Source of the DNA: Zootoca vivipara
Lineage: Eukaryota
Direction of reading: 5' to 3'
Length of the DNA: 64,000 bases
Assembly (NCBI RefSeq): GCF_963506605.1
Contig: NC_083283.1
Span: forward strand, 34,658,001-34,722,000
Positions 26,869 to 39,329 of the stretch are shown piece by piece. The notes under the pieces were generated by a model that was not told the origin of the DNA, made no database searches, and saw nothing but the letters and a program-made list of their open reading frames with translations. How positions within the stretch are numbered: the first letter of the stretch is position 1; each line of letters starts with the position of its first letter. Made by a program: the position numbers and the translations under genes.

Positions 26869-27935
26869 GAATTCACATAATTTGTGAGGCAGCCCATGTG
26901 GGACTCCATTGCTCTCCCAGTTTACCAACACAGCAGGTGGCTAGTGTTTGCTGAGAGGGAGAGGGGAGAGCTATAGGGAGCTTGGCGTAGGGTGTTGTGT
27001 GATGGTGGGGACATGGCATTGGTGCCATATTGCCATGGACCACATTGAGCTGAGCTCCTCCCAGAGCCATTCTGAGTAGCTCTGTTGGCACAAGATTCAT
27101 TCTCTTTTTCTGAGAAAGCTGACTGAGGAAATGCCCAGAGCTCAAGAAGGGAGGGGATCTTTTATTTTGATGGACAACTATAGCTTTTAATCGCAGTGAA
27201 TGCTTTTCCTTGTGCGCTTTAATCACAGTGATTTGTGGAAGGAATGCTGAATTAAATAAAAAGAGTTGTTCTTCACATGGGTTGTCATTCTCCAAGTTTT
27301 GGCTGTGAAAGCAGGTCACAAGCAATGGTGTTAGATTATTGCGGTGGTCTGCTTTTTCCCAGTTGTGCTTTTTATATATATATAAAAAACAATTAAAATT
27401 TATTACGCTCTTTCCCTTTTCTTAATGGAGTGTACTTCCAAGAAGGGGGAGGCTGCGAAGAAATAATTGCGACTTTCCCGTTTCGTTTTTTTTTTAATAT
27501 GTAAAGTAAAATCACCCAGTGCAACACTTCCTGGAACTATTTCTCTGAACATTGCAGATTTCTTACCCTGGGGCAGCAACAACAGCCCCCCCCCCCAACA
27601 CAAAGAATAGCCTTTTTTAGGGGTGGATTTTTTATCAGGGGTAGCAAAGTGTTAAAAAACAACAACAACAACCCTCTCATCCATTGCTGTGGTCCTGACC
27701 TTTATCCCCCATCTAGTTAGTGTTTAAAGTAGTACAATTCAGTATGGGAAGCCAAAGTACTTGTTTAGTGCAGGCCCGGCTCTAGGGGTAGTCTCGGTGG
27801 CATGGGGCACCAGGGCCTGCCCACCAGATATGATGGAAATAGGGACATCCCATTCCATAATGATAATTTTACTTTTTATACCCCACACATCTTACTGGGC
27901 TGCCCCAGCCACTCTGGGCAGCTGCCAACATATAT

Positions 27936-28405
27936 GTTGTTGTTGTTTAGTTGTTTAGTTGTGTCCGACTCTTCGTGACTCCATGGACCAGAGCACGCCA
28001 GGCACTCCTGTCTTCCACTGCCTCCCACAATTTGGTCAGACTCATGTTCGTAGCTTCGAGAACACTGTCCAAGCATCAATTCTTCAGCGATCAGCCTTCT
28101 TTATGGTCCAGCTCTCACTTCCATACATCACTACTGGGAAAACCATAGCTTTAACTATACACACCTTTGTTGGCAAGGTGATGTCTCTGCTTTTTAAGAT
28201 GCTGTCTAGGTTTGTCATTGCTTTTCTCCCAAGAAGCAGGCGTCTTTTAATTTCGTGACTGCTGTTACCATCTGCAGTGATCATGGAGCCCAAGAGAGTA
28301 AAATCTCTCACTGCCTCCATTTCTTCCCCTTCTATTTGTCAGGAGGTGATGGGACCAGTGGCCATGATCTTGGTTTTTTTGATGTTGAGCTTCAGACCAT
28401 ATTTT
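27936..28405 (-). mobile_element. BovB (RTE) LINE 3' fragment, internally deleted
   Basis: EAVRDFTLLGSMITADG..HEIKRRLLLGRKAMTNLDSILKSRDITLPTKV..VKAMVFPVVMYGSESWTIKKA; (CAA)n tail; 9-bp TSD AACATATAT. Confidence 0.95.
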
Positions 28406-28496
28406 AACATATATAAAAACATAATAAAACCTTAAGAATAAAAAAAAACTTCTCTATACAGGATTGCCTTCAGACTGCTCGGGGGGTTGATAACTT

Positions 28497-28601
28497 CATA
28501 CCCTCCAGCATTTCTCCAATGAAAATAGGGACATCCTAAGGAAAAGCAGGACATTCCAGGATCAGATCAGAAACCAAGACAACTTCTCTAAATCAGGGAC
28601 C
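28497..28601. mobile_element. Fragment of a non-autonomous DNA element (CATACCCTCC-ended family; related pieces at ~29660-29818 and ~52352-52524)
   Basis: Shared CATACCCTCCA / TTGAGGGTATG termini and TACAGAAGCC...GATCC motifs. Confidence 0.5.
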
Positions 28602-29451
28602 TGATACCCAAAGTGAATACTACCAGTCTGATCAAAGAGTGACCTGAATCCTGACAATGTCTACCGTAGGTAAGAGTTTTATCTGTAAATCAGAGGTGCC
28701 TATGTACACCCCCCCCCAATAAACATCTATGGGATAGCTAAACCAGGTGTGCACATGTTTGCTAAAAACATGCTCAGTGACTTTCATATAATATGGGGTT
28801 GGGGGGGGTCTGCTTTTGAAACTGAATAGAGCTCCCAACAGATAGGAACAAAATATGCAACCCACCTTATCTCCTTCCTCTCTATTTCATTCCTTTCCCC
28901 CTTTCCAGCCTGGCTCCGGTACCAGGCATGGGCCGCCTGCTGCTGGTTGGTTGTCTTCAAGTGGTAAAGTGCAAGAAAGCAAGGCAGCGATCCCCTGAAC
29001 ATTCCATTACTGAAATAAGTAGGGACACCCCCCCCCCCACACACACTTTCACTTTATATCCAAACCAGTGAACCTTGAATTAAAATTTATAGTGATGAAA
29101 TGGTTTTGGGTCTCAGGACCATGGGAGGATGCAATGGTTGGTTTTGCGTGCTGAATTTGATAATGCCTTTTATGCTACCACTGGTATTCTTTTTTGTGGA
29201 ATTTATAGATTGACTGTAGTGAATCTATTAAGGAATGTGTAATTCTTTTCCTTAGTCAACTCAGAAAGGAATTATATTTGCCCTACACCTTGTTCGTTAA
29301 TTCATTTCAAAAGGTAAGGAGCATATTTCTGCTTAAGACTTTAAACTAGTTGGTTAGCAGATAATTAAAAATTGTCTCTATGATGACTAATGTTAAATTG
29401 GTCTGTTTTATAACTTTCCCTTTCTCACTGTTCCATTTCACTGCTAATATT

Positions 29452-29562
29452 GCTCATACCAATGACAAACTTAGTTGGTCTCTAAGGTGCTACTGGAAGG
29501 AATTTTTGTATTTTATTTTTATTTTGTTTTGACAGCAGACCAACACGGCGACCTACCTGTAA
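29452..29562 (+). mobile_element. Penelope-like terminal repeat fragment
   Basis: GCTCATACC...CTTAGTTGGTCTCTAAGGTGCTACTG...CAGACCAACACGGC; reverse-complement relative of 6725-6790. Confidence 0.75.
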
Positions 29563-30599
29563 ATAGTGAAAACTGAACAGGAACACTCCATATTGTTAGC
29601 ATTTTGTTGCAGGCTCCATTATTGTGTTTTTCTCAAATGCACGTTTTAGCACATTATGTACACCTCAACTTTCCCACTTTAAGTGGGATGTCCTGGAATT
29701 ACAGAAGCCATCCCAGCTTCTGATTGGATCCCAGGATGTCCAGGTTTGGCTCCTGTAAGAGTACGGTCCCCAAAAGACATGCGTCCCGTTTTTTCTCTGC
29801 AGCATGTTTGAGGGTATGACGTTAACATTAATATGCAATAGTTTTGAAAGCCAGTCTTCTACAAGTGGTATATTTTTTCATTTCTTCATTATGTGTGTAT
29901 ATACTTTATGTGTGTGCAGTTAATAACACATTTCCCACTAATTCTCCTCCTTCTTTGTACATAATCTTTAATCTATTTTAATAATATAATTTGTGGCACA
30001 ATTGCTAGTTTATCACCATTATTTCCTGTGTTGTTCTAATAATACCCAGCCAAATGTATATAAAAATACATACCCATCAAATGTATATAAAATTAGTTTT
30101 TTTGAACTCAAACCTGCACTGCAGAATGAAATATTTAAAGTTCGGCATATATTATTGCAGAGACATTTTTCTAAACTCAAGTTCCACAGGTCTTTAACTA
30201 AATTAAAATATATCATCCTTTCCAACAAATGTTTTTCAAAGCATGAAAAGAAAACTCTTGGTTTTTAAAAAAAGAACTTTCGATCATTTTTGTGCCATCC
30301 CTTTTACTTTTAGTGCTTCTCTGTTATAAATTAACACATTATAAAGAGCTGTCATAACAATTTCTCAGCAATTTAGCTCAAGTGACCTCCTGTAGATCAG
30401 ATCGTAGGCAAAAAAAAAGCAAAAAAAAGCTTCATAAACCTCATGCAGTTTCTGTTGATATCCCTTAAAAATAATTCTGTTGATATCTCTTTAAATGCAG
30501 CAAATGCACTCTTCCCTCTCTCAGCAAACCTATACTGCTAAGGCATTACTGCCATCCACCCAAGGTCCATTCAACTTTATGCCAATTCCACCTCCTAGC

Positions 30600-30760
30600 T
30601 CAAGGGTCAGCAAAGTTTTTGTGGCTTGGGCTGGTTCACGGTCCTGCAGATACCGCGGTGGGCCAGAGTGTGTGTGTGTGCATGCGCATGCGCAAATGCT
30701 ATTTCCAGCACTCCTTCCGGCGTGGAGGAGGTGTGCACGGCTTCCCATTGCCTGCAAGGG
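30600..30760. mobile_element. Truncated hAT-like MITE end
   Basis: CAAGGGTCAGCAAAG terminus followed by GC-rich sequence; no second TIR seen. Confidence 0.45.
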
Positions 30761-32315
30761 ACAAAATATAAAGGACAGAAGAAAAACTCTTAGGACACCA
30801 GAGGAGGCCAGAAAATATTGGAGAAGGTACAAAAAGGAGTTGGGGGGAGAAGGAGACTCAGGACCAGACAGAGAGGACGAAGCCCAAGAACTTCAAGAAA
30901 GCAAGTGAAGACAAGTAATAATAAGAGCAGAGACCAAGAATAAAGAAGACATAAAATTGTTTTTATGTTTAAAATATTTATTCTTTTCCTCTTTTAAAGA
31001 TATTATACCAGGAAATAAAGAGCTATAAAGTTTAATGGAGTTAAAGATTATATCTTGGAATGTTAATGGTTTAAACGATAAGAAAAAAAGGAACAAGGTA
31101 GAGCACATCCTAAATAAAAAATAATAGGATGTTATCTGCTTGCAAGAGATCCATGTGGCTAAGAAGCATAGAAGGATTCTAGAAAATAAAAAAAATCAGG
31201 CCAAGAATTTGTCTCCTCAGATATTAAAAAGAAAAGGGGAATTGTAATTTAGGTAAACCCAAAATTGGAAGCAAAACAAATTTTCAAAGATCATGATGGC
31301 AGGATATTAGAAGTTCAGGTTACTAGAGGGAATGGACAAATAATCATTGCTGGTGTATAATCACCTAATGGAAACAAGACAAACTTTTTTAGGGAAGTAG
31401 AGCGCAACCTGCTTGAATATATAAATGGGGACATTATCCTTATGGGAGATTTTAATGGTGTTACATCTATTGACATAGACAGAACAGAAAAAGAGAAAAA
31501 ATCGAAGGGAGGGAGATTACCATCTACCTTCTTTCATATGGTAGAAAACCTAAATCTAAGTGATGCATGGAGATACAAAAAAACCCAAACGAAAGACAAT
31601 ACACACATTTCTCGGAAGCTCAGCAATCAGCAGGAAGAATAGTTGCAATATGGGTAACGAACAAGTTATTAATGAAAACTAAAAAAAGTTAAAATTCAAC
31701 CCAAAACACTAACGGATCACAAATCAATTATATTAGAACTAGGAGGAGACAATAAAAGGATAAATAAAAGATGGAGATTAAATGAAAGGATATTAAATGA
31801 TGAAAAGATACTAAATAAGGCAAAGGAATTTTTTGAATTAAATAAAGTACAGGATACTGACATCAGAACAATATGGGATGCAGGCAAAGCTTACATAAGA
31901 GGTTTTTTATATACAACAAACTGCAAGACAGAAAAGAGCAAAAGAACAAAAAAAATAGCAAGAGACTCAAAGAATGAAATTGCAAAACAAAAAATTAAAA
32001 TACTGCAAATGCAGATTTCATCAATATTAAACTATGAGATAGAAAATATCATAAAGTGGATGAAACAAAGGGCGTTTGAATTTGTCAACAAGCGAGGGGA
32101 GTTACTGGTGTGGCAGCTGAAAAAGAAACAGAAAGAAAAAATAATAGACAAAATAACAGAAGGAGGGGAAACCCTAGATAATTTTGAGGATTTAAACAAA
32201 TGCTTTATAAGCCACTTAAAAAATTATACAATGCAGACTGCGAAATAGATGAAGACATATCAGACTACCTGCAAGGAAAGGACATAGCCCAAATAGAGAT
32301 AGACAAGATCCAATA

Positions 32316-32743
32316 CAGTGGTACCTCGATTTACAAACAGAAATTGGTTCCGGAAGTCTGTACTTAATCTGAAGCGTGCTTAACCTGAAGCAAACTTTCC
32401 CATTGAAAGTACTGGAAAGTGGATTAATCCGTTCCAGGCGGTCCATGGAGTACTTAAACTGAAGCGTACTTAACCTGAAGCGTATTTTCCCATTGAAAGT
32501 AATAGAAAGTGGATTAATCTGTTCCAGACGGGTCCGCGGAGTACTCAACCTGAAGCGTACTTAACCCGAGGTATGAGTACAATTGGTTCCGGAAGTCCGT
32601 ACTTAACCTGAAGCATACTTAACCTTTAGAGAACTTTCCCATTGAAAGTAATGGAAAGTGGATTAATCCGTTCCAGACAGGTCCGCGGAGTACTTAAACT
32701 GAAAATACTCAAACCGATGAGTACTTAAACCAAGGTATGACTG
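32316..32743. mobile_element. Tc1/mariner MITE with internal triplicated block, nested in L1
   Basis: CAGTGGTACCTCG / CAAGGTATGACTG, TA TSD; three copies of TTCCCATTGAAAGTA..GAAAGTGGATTAATC. Confidence 0.9.
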
Positions 32744-33018
32744 TACTTGAATGCTCCGATATCTATGATGGAGGTACAACAAGCAATAAGTAAGGCTAAA
32801 TTAGGGAAATCCCCAGGCCCGGATAGGCTCACGGCAGGACACTATAAAAAATTAGAGGATATATTATCATTACCTATGAAAGCACTTTTGAATAAAATGC
32901 TAGAAGATGAGAAAATTCCTAAGACATGGCAGCAAGCGATTATAGTAGTGATACCAAAACAAGGGAAAAATAAAGAGCTTATAAATAATTATATACCAAT
33001 ATCACTTAATAATGATTA

Positions 33019-33369
33019 CATGGGTGGTGCTGTGGGTTAAACCACAGAGCCTAGGGCTTGCCGATCAGAAGGTTGGCGGTTCGAATCCGCGCGACGGGGT
33101 GAGCTCCCGTTGCTCGATCCCAGCTCCTGCCAACCTAGCAGTTCGAAAGCACGTCAAAGTGCAAGTAGATAAATAGGTACCACTACAGCGGGAAGGTAAA
33201 CAGCATTTCCGTGTGCTGCTCTTGTTCTCCAGAAGCGGCTTTGTCATGCTGGCCATATGACCTGGAAGCTGTACGCTGGCTCCCTCAGCCAATAACGTGA
33301 GATGAGCGCCGCAACCCCAGAGTCAGTCACAACTGGACCTAATGGTCAGGGGTCCCTTTACCTTTACCT
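33019..33369 (+). mobile_element. Sauria SINE, near full length, nested in L1
   Basis: tRNA head with GGTTCGAATCC, typical body, (ACCTTT)n tail, 13-bp TSD TTAATAATGATTA. Confidence 0.95.
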
Positions 33370-33920
33370 TTAATAATGATTATAAAATATACACACAAAT
33401 GTTAGCCACTGGATTAAAGAATGTTTTGAATGATTGTACTAATAAAGAACAGGCCGGGGTCCTCCCAGGTAGAAAAATGAGTGAAAATATGAGAATAGTA
33501 ATAGATGCAATTGAATATCTAGAAATGAAGCCAAATAAGAAAGCTGCCTTTATATTTGTCGACGCCGAAAAGGCCTTTGACAAAGTGTCATGGAAATATT
33601 AGAAAAGATGAAGATGGGAGAACAATTTATAAAAGGCCTAAAGGCAATCTATGACACCAGGAAGCATATTTAATAATAAACAATGAAATGGCTGAGTTTT
33701 CAAAGATAGAAAATGCTTAAATTATCATGTAACAAAAAGCCAGAGGCATTCCTCTTGGGAATTATATCGACTGACATTCCTTCCGCTAGGAAAAAAGTTT
33801 TCTTATATGCTACTGCTGCGGCTAGAATGATTATAGCAAAAAATCGGAAGGGATAAAAATCTCCCTCAGTAAGAGAATGGCAAATAAGATTTTGTGAATA
33901 CATAGAATCAGCAAGAATTA

Positions 33921-34104
33921 CAGCAGTATAGCCAAAGCTCGGGTTACAGCCACTTCAGGTTGTGTCTTTTCGGGTTGCACTCCACGCCAAACCCGGAAGT
34001 ACTGGAACGGGTTACTTCCGGGTTTCAGTGTGCACACATGCGCATAAGCACTAAATCACGCTTTGTGCATAAGTGCCGAATCACAACCCGAGCGTGCGCA
34101 GACT
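33921..34104. mobile_element. Partial mariner-type MITE in the L1 3' region
   Basis: CTCGGGTTACAG...AACCCGGAAGTA..TTACTTCCGGGTTT, related to 8466 and 34273. Confidence 0.65.
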
Positions 34105-34272
34105 GTAGTGAGAGGCCAATCAGATCAAAAACTGATAGAGGAGTGGACTTGCATGAAGGAATACATGAAAAAGCATTGTTCTGGTATAAATATATCAATA
34201 TGCAAAGAATGAAATTTATAGAGTAAAAAATTAAGAAGAAATGGGTATAAGATGAGGTAGTCAAGAATAATA

Positions 34273-34498
34273 CATTGGTACCTCATGTTGCGAACGGGAT
34301 CCCTTCCCGGTGGCCGGTTCACAACATGAAAGGGCCACAACATGAAGTGCTGCATCTGTGCATGCGTGTGATGCAATGCATGTGCGCAGGTCACGGATGC
34401 GGCGAACCTGGAAGTAACCTGATCCGGGACTTCCAGGTTCGGCGCGTCGTAACCTGAAAAGACGCAACATGAAGCGGATGTATCCTGAGGTATGACTG
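34273..34498. mobile_element. Tc1/mariner MITE nested in the L1 3' region
   Basis: CATTGGTACCTCA / TGAGGTATGACTG with TA TSD. Confidence 0.85.
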
Positions 34499-35780
34499 TA
34501 TTGATAACACAGCGAAAAGAAAAGAAGAAAGAAGAAAAGAAGGAAGAAAAGAAGAAAAGAAACAAAGGAAGCCACACATAGGGTTAATGTATGTTTAATT
34601 GTTTTCTTTCATCAGAATTAAAGAGTTGTATGTAAGTTTGTTGTATGTAAGTTTGTTTTGTTTTGTGTTTGTGAATATTGTATTTATCAATAAAAGTAAA
34701 ATAAAAAAAATAAAAATGAAATAAAATTCAACATATGGGATTGGAAACTAAAATAGGTTACTTTTTAGAAAACTGCACCCCCTCAGGCTACTCAGAGGGC
34801 TGAATTGACTTTTTTTAGGGAGTTGCAAATGACAGCAGGAGAGAAAAGGAGATTGTTAATATTCTTTCCATGAACTTTTTAAAAAAATCTTAGCATCCAA
34901 CCCAATGAATTTTGATTTCTGTTTAAGGTACACATACCTCCTAGATTTACCTGTTTCTGTTTATCTATTTCTCTACAGATAAAAGGAGAATAGGGACAGA
35001 ACAATTTTGCTAGGAAATCACCAGAATGTGCTGAGCGTTCTCAAGGATGTGGTATGTAAACAATGCATCATTATTTGTTGAATTTATGGTTAGGATGGAA
35101 GTTTTTATATGCAGACTTTTGTTTTCAAATTTTAGGGGACAGGGGGGGGGAAAGGGAGAGAATGGGTTTTTTTGGGGGGGGAGGTGAAAGTTAACAGGTT
35201 TAAAGAGCTTAAAATTTGGTGCAGCAGCCATGATAATTTCTCCACCACCCCCTTACATTATTTTGAACTTATTTAAAATTGGCTCTCTACTGATGTGGTC
35301 ACATAGTATCACAGAATTGTAGAGATCTTGCACAATCTGGGTATCAGCCAGTTTGTTTTGCTGACACTCTATTTTCAACTCACTGTGGGGTGAGCTGAAC
35401 AAATCTTTTTCTGCATCGGCTGCCTATTTTTTAAAAGGGTAAATCTGTTTGCTGCAGACTAATTTAAAAGTTAGTAGACTGCTTTTCCTGGGCTGTATTT
35501 TGTGCTGTTCTTGCAGAGACATGAGGGATGAATTTGTCCTTTTCAAAATGACTGCTGCAAATTCTCCTAGTGTTTTGCAGAGTAGAGGCTGCTTCCTCCA
35601 AGTTATCTTTCTGGCTTTGTGAAGGGTTGTCTATTAGCTGGATTCATGCACAAAGCCCTTTGTCTACCATTCCAAGCACCAGTCTTTAAGATGTACCTTT
35701 TATCTGTAAAATCACAATATTTTTAGCCTGTTCTGTCAAAGACAGTGGGCCCACCTAGGGGACAGGATTCTAGCCCAAGT

Positions 35781-35782
<2 letters not shown>

Positions 35783-35829
<47 letters not shown>
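35783..35829. repeat. (TG)n microsatellite
   Basis: Direct reading. Confidence 0.95.
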
Positions 35830-35831
<2 letters not shown>

Positions 35832-36768
35832 CTGGTAGGCACAGCATCCAGCCACACTTGGCCACATACCACTAATACCAATTCAAAATCCAGGAAAGCA
35901 AAGGTCAAGTCAAGCAAAGGTAAGATTCCAGCCAGTCAACCTCAGACAAAGGAAAGTTTAGGTCCAGATAAGTGAGAAAGAGTACATGTGTTTGTGGGAT
36001 GGAGGGAGAGATAAGTGCAGATATATTGTTGTACCAGAAGCAAAACATTTGTTAAAAAATGCTGTTAGCAGCTGAAAAATAATCGCTGCTGTTGAATTTG
36101 CTTCTGAAGCCAACAGCATCATGCCCCTGACAATATGATCTCCAATCAATTTATTGGTGACAAATTATTATTATTATTTGTTATTTATTAAGTTTCTAAA
36201 TTGTCCTTCATCTGAGGATCATAACTCGCTATGCCCCCCACAAACAGCTTATTAAAAATCCCTCCTCCATGTTTCAGATGCAATTTGGAGATTCAGTGGG
36301 AGCTCCACTGCAAAGAAAAGTACTGTATTTTATGCGCAGAATTTTTGGATATCATCCCTCTTAACAGTTTGGGGTTTTAGTGGGCGTTATTGAACAGGAA
36401 ATTCACAGAATAACTTTTGATGCACACCTATTTCAATAGAACAAGTATAAACCTCTGGACCACAGCCAGTGCTAAAGTGCTCGGGAATTTCAAAAGTTAG
36501 CCAACAACAGACTTATCTTCTCCTAGTAAATGCCCATGTTTAACTAAATACTTATCTGCTGTGTTTATTGAATTTGAATATACACATGAAAATATGGAGG
36601 GATGCTGAAGAAAAGGGAGATTAAAATGGTTTCAATTTATTAACTTTGAAATGGATAGGCGTTTGTGTGGCAAAGGCAGTAGCAAAATAAATCAACACCA
36701 GTACCGCAGTCCTTAGATCAGTAAGGAAGGAAGAAGGGTCTTTGAAGGGAAGAGGAGTTTTGGGAAAG

Positions 36769-36940
36769 GAATGTAGCTCAGTGATAGAGTCATTGTTTTG
36801 CATCAGGTTCAGTCCCTGCCATCTTGAGGTAGGTCTGGGAGACAACCCTATTGGAAATCCTGAAGAGGCTCTGCTAGCCAGTATAGACAATACTTGATGA
36901 ATGGCCTAGCTCCAGATAAGGCAGCCTCAAGTGCTCTTAA
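36769..36940 (+). mobile_element. Old tRNA-derived SINE with CR1-type tail (Squam3-like)
   Basis: TAGCTCAGTGATAGAG A-box, GGTTCAGTCC B-box-like, GCCAGTATAGACAATACT core; related copy ~61080-61255. Confidence 0.6.
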
Positions 36941-37001
36941 GTACAGTAGAGCTTAGTATTTTTTCTTCTCCTTCAAAGACATAGATATTGTGGGAGTAGA
37001 G

Positions 37002-37326
37002 CAGGGGTAGGCAACCTAAGGCCCGTGGGCCGGAAGTGACCCAATCACCTTCTCAATCTGGCCCGTGGATGGTCCGGGAATCAGCATGTTTTTACAAGAG
37101 TAGAATGTGTCCTTTTATTTAATATGCATCCCTGGGTTATTTGTGGGGCCTGCCTGTTGTTTTTAGATGAGTAGAATGTGTGCTTTTATTTAAAACGCAT
37201 CTCTGGGTTATTTGTTGGGCATAGGAATTTGTTCAATTTTATTTTTTTTCAAAATATAGTCCGGCCCCCCACAAGGTCGGAGGGATGGTGGACCGGCCCA
37301 TGGCTGAAAAAGGTTGCTAACCTCTG
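37002..37326. mobile_element. hAT MITE
   Basis: CAGGGGTAGGCAACCT / AGGTTGCTAACCTCTG; exact 8-bp TSD GAGTAGAG; internal ~80-bp duplication. Confidence 0.9.
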
Positions 37327-39033
37327 GAGTAGAGGAATGCTGTGCTCTCAATCAGTGTTTCAGGGACCATGGTATTTTAACGGGAAGCCCCTTGGAATTG
37401 TATTTGCTACATACCCCATGACTCTCTCCTGTACACACTTACAGTACCTAAGAAGCCCCATTGAATGTAATGGGATTTACTTCTGTGTAGACTTGCCTAG
37501 GACTGCAGCACTAATAGATCCAAGAGTAATTTTTCAACACATTTATTAAGAAAATTATATTGGTTAAAGGCAAATAAGTGGGTTTGATGAATATACTTCT
37601 CTCTGGGGCAAGACTTTTTGCAAATATAATTTAATGTGTTTGTTTTCAATCCTGTAATTGGTGTGGCTGGGGAGCCAAATGCATCTCACCTATACTATGC
37701 ATTCTGCAAGAAGTGTTTGTACAAAAATAGTTCTCAGGCACATAAATGGTGAAAGATTTGCTTTAAAGAACATGTTAAATATTGAATACAGGTATTAACT
37801 ATCTCTTGGTGGGAACTAGACCATTATAATAGACTACCAATGGAATGCAGCCACTCTGTTTTATACTGTCCAAGATGTTATTTTGAAAAGACTACACAGC
37901 ATCTTTAAAGCTTGCAGTCTCACATCATTTGCACATTAGTATGTTTTGAATCCTTGATCCACATAAAACATGTAATAGGAAAACTGTCTTTCAAATAGAA
38001 ATACGCTCAAGAAAAAAACACATTCAGATTTATGTGGTGGTTTCCATAAAGCTATGGATAATTATTTACAAAACACAGGATTAATAAGCATCTATTTTCA
38101 TGTCATCACTGAGAAGAGACTGGGGTAAGATATGAATATATAGATACCTTGTACTGTACATAAAATATATGCTCCATCCATAGTTATAGGATAAGGCCGT
38201 ACTGTACAAAACTCCCAAACCATTGTGCTTTGTGGATTATTTGGAGTACAAAGCTTTCCCCCTTCCAAACACCATCACTCACTCATGATTTATTGCAATT
38301 TTTATTTTATTCCCCCCCTCCCCCATTCTGGAAACAATACTAACAGATTTAGCCTATCAGCCTTCTAAGATTAACTGTTTCCATAATCATATTGTGGCAA
38401 TGCTGTCAGGGATGGGTGTCTCCAAAGTTATTCTGAAGTCATTTAGTCTATTAAAGGATTAATAATCTGGCCTTGCAAACCCTAAATGATTTGAGAAGTT
38501 ATTACTTTTATCTGGAGTCCCACAGGCTTCACCTGAAACAATTAGATGAACAGGACTGGTCAGGGCCTGAGCTTCTGTTGTGGAATTTAAATAGAACCTC
38601 TTCATCCTATTCGAGGTTGAAACTGATTTAAATTGAAAGCAAGTTTCAGTACATTCTTCTTCTTCTTTTTTCACAAGAAGCTAAAATGTGCTTGTCCCAA
38701 CTGTTATGTAAATGGGCGCAGTTATAGCTACCTCTGTAAAACAAACACCCCAGCCTTTTCAACTATTATGGGAAACCCTGTTTGTCTGGCTCTTATTGAG
38801 AAACAGGATGCCAAAACCAAGGAGAAAATCCCTTCATTAAACACAGAATGCGACCATCTTCTGAAAAAAACAACACAACTTTTATTTTATTTTTTAATGA
38901 GCCGTGCACAATTAGATACAGCTTCCCAAATGTAGATAGTATAACTGCATAAAGATGAAATCTGCTGAAATCAACTTATGTAAACTGCATCATGGCACTT
39001 CAAATGGCCCCTTTCTGTCACCCACTATAAGCA

Positions 39034-39034
<1 letters not shown>

Positions 39035-39080
<46 letters not shown>
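39035..39080. repeat. (CA)n microsatellite
   Basis: Direct reading. Confidence 0.95.
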
Positions 39081-39082
<2 letters not shown>

Positions 39083-39284
39083 ATTCCCGCTGCAGTCAGG
39101 TGAACTGTCAAGGCGCTCTTATGGTTGGCTGCCTAGAATTCCGTGGAAAGACAAATCTGTACAATTTTCTCCTTGGACAATAAATGGTTCTTTTTGTGCT
39201 TTTAGGTTTCCCTAAACAATTTTGCTGTATAGATAATGTGGGTCTTCTTTTTTTTTTTGCATGATCATGAGATAGATGATTAGG

Positions 39285-39329
<45 letters not shown>
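39285..39329. repeat. (TAGA)n microsatellite
   Basis: Direct reading. Confidence 0.95.

Larger units (their letters stand above)
30762..34727 (+). mobile_element. Decayed L1 LINE: ORF1 C-terminus, ORF2 endonuclease and partial RT, 3' UTR, A-rich tail
   Basis: ORF2 starts at 31035 MELKIISWNVNGLN...DVICLQE; MGDFNG; LTDH; KSPGPD; NYIPISL; EQAGVLPGR; FVDAEKAFDKVSW; PEAFLLGI..AARMIIAK; many stops and frameshifts. Confidence 0.95.
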
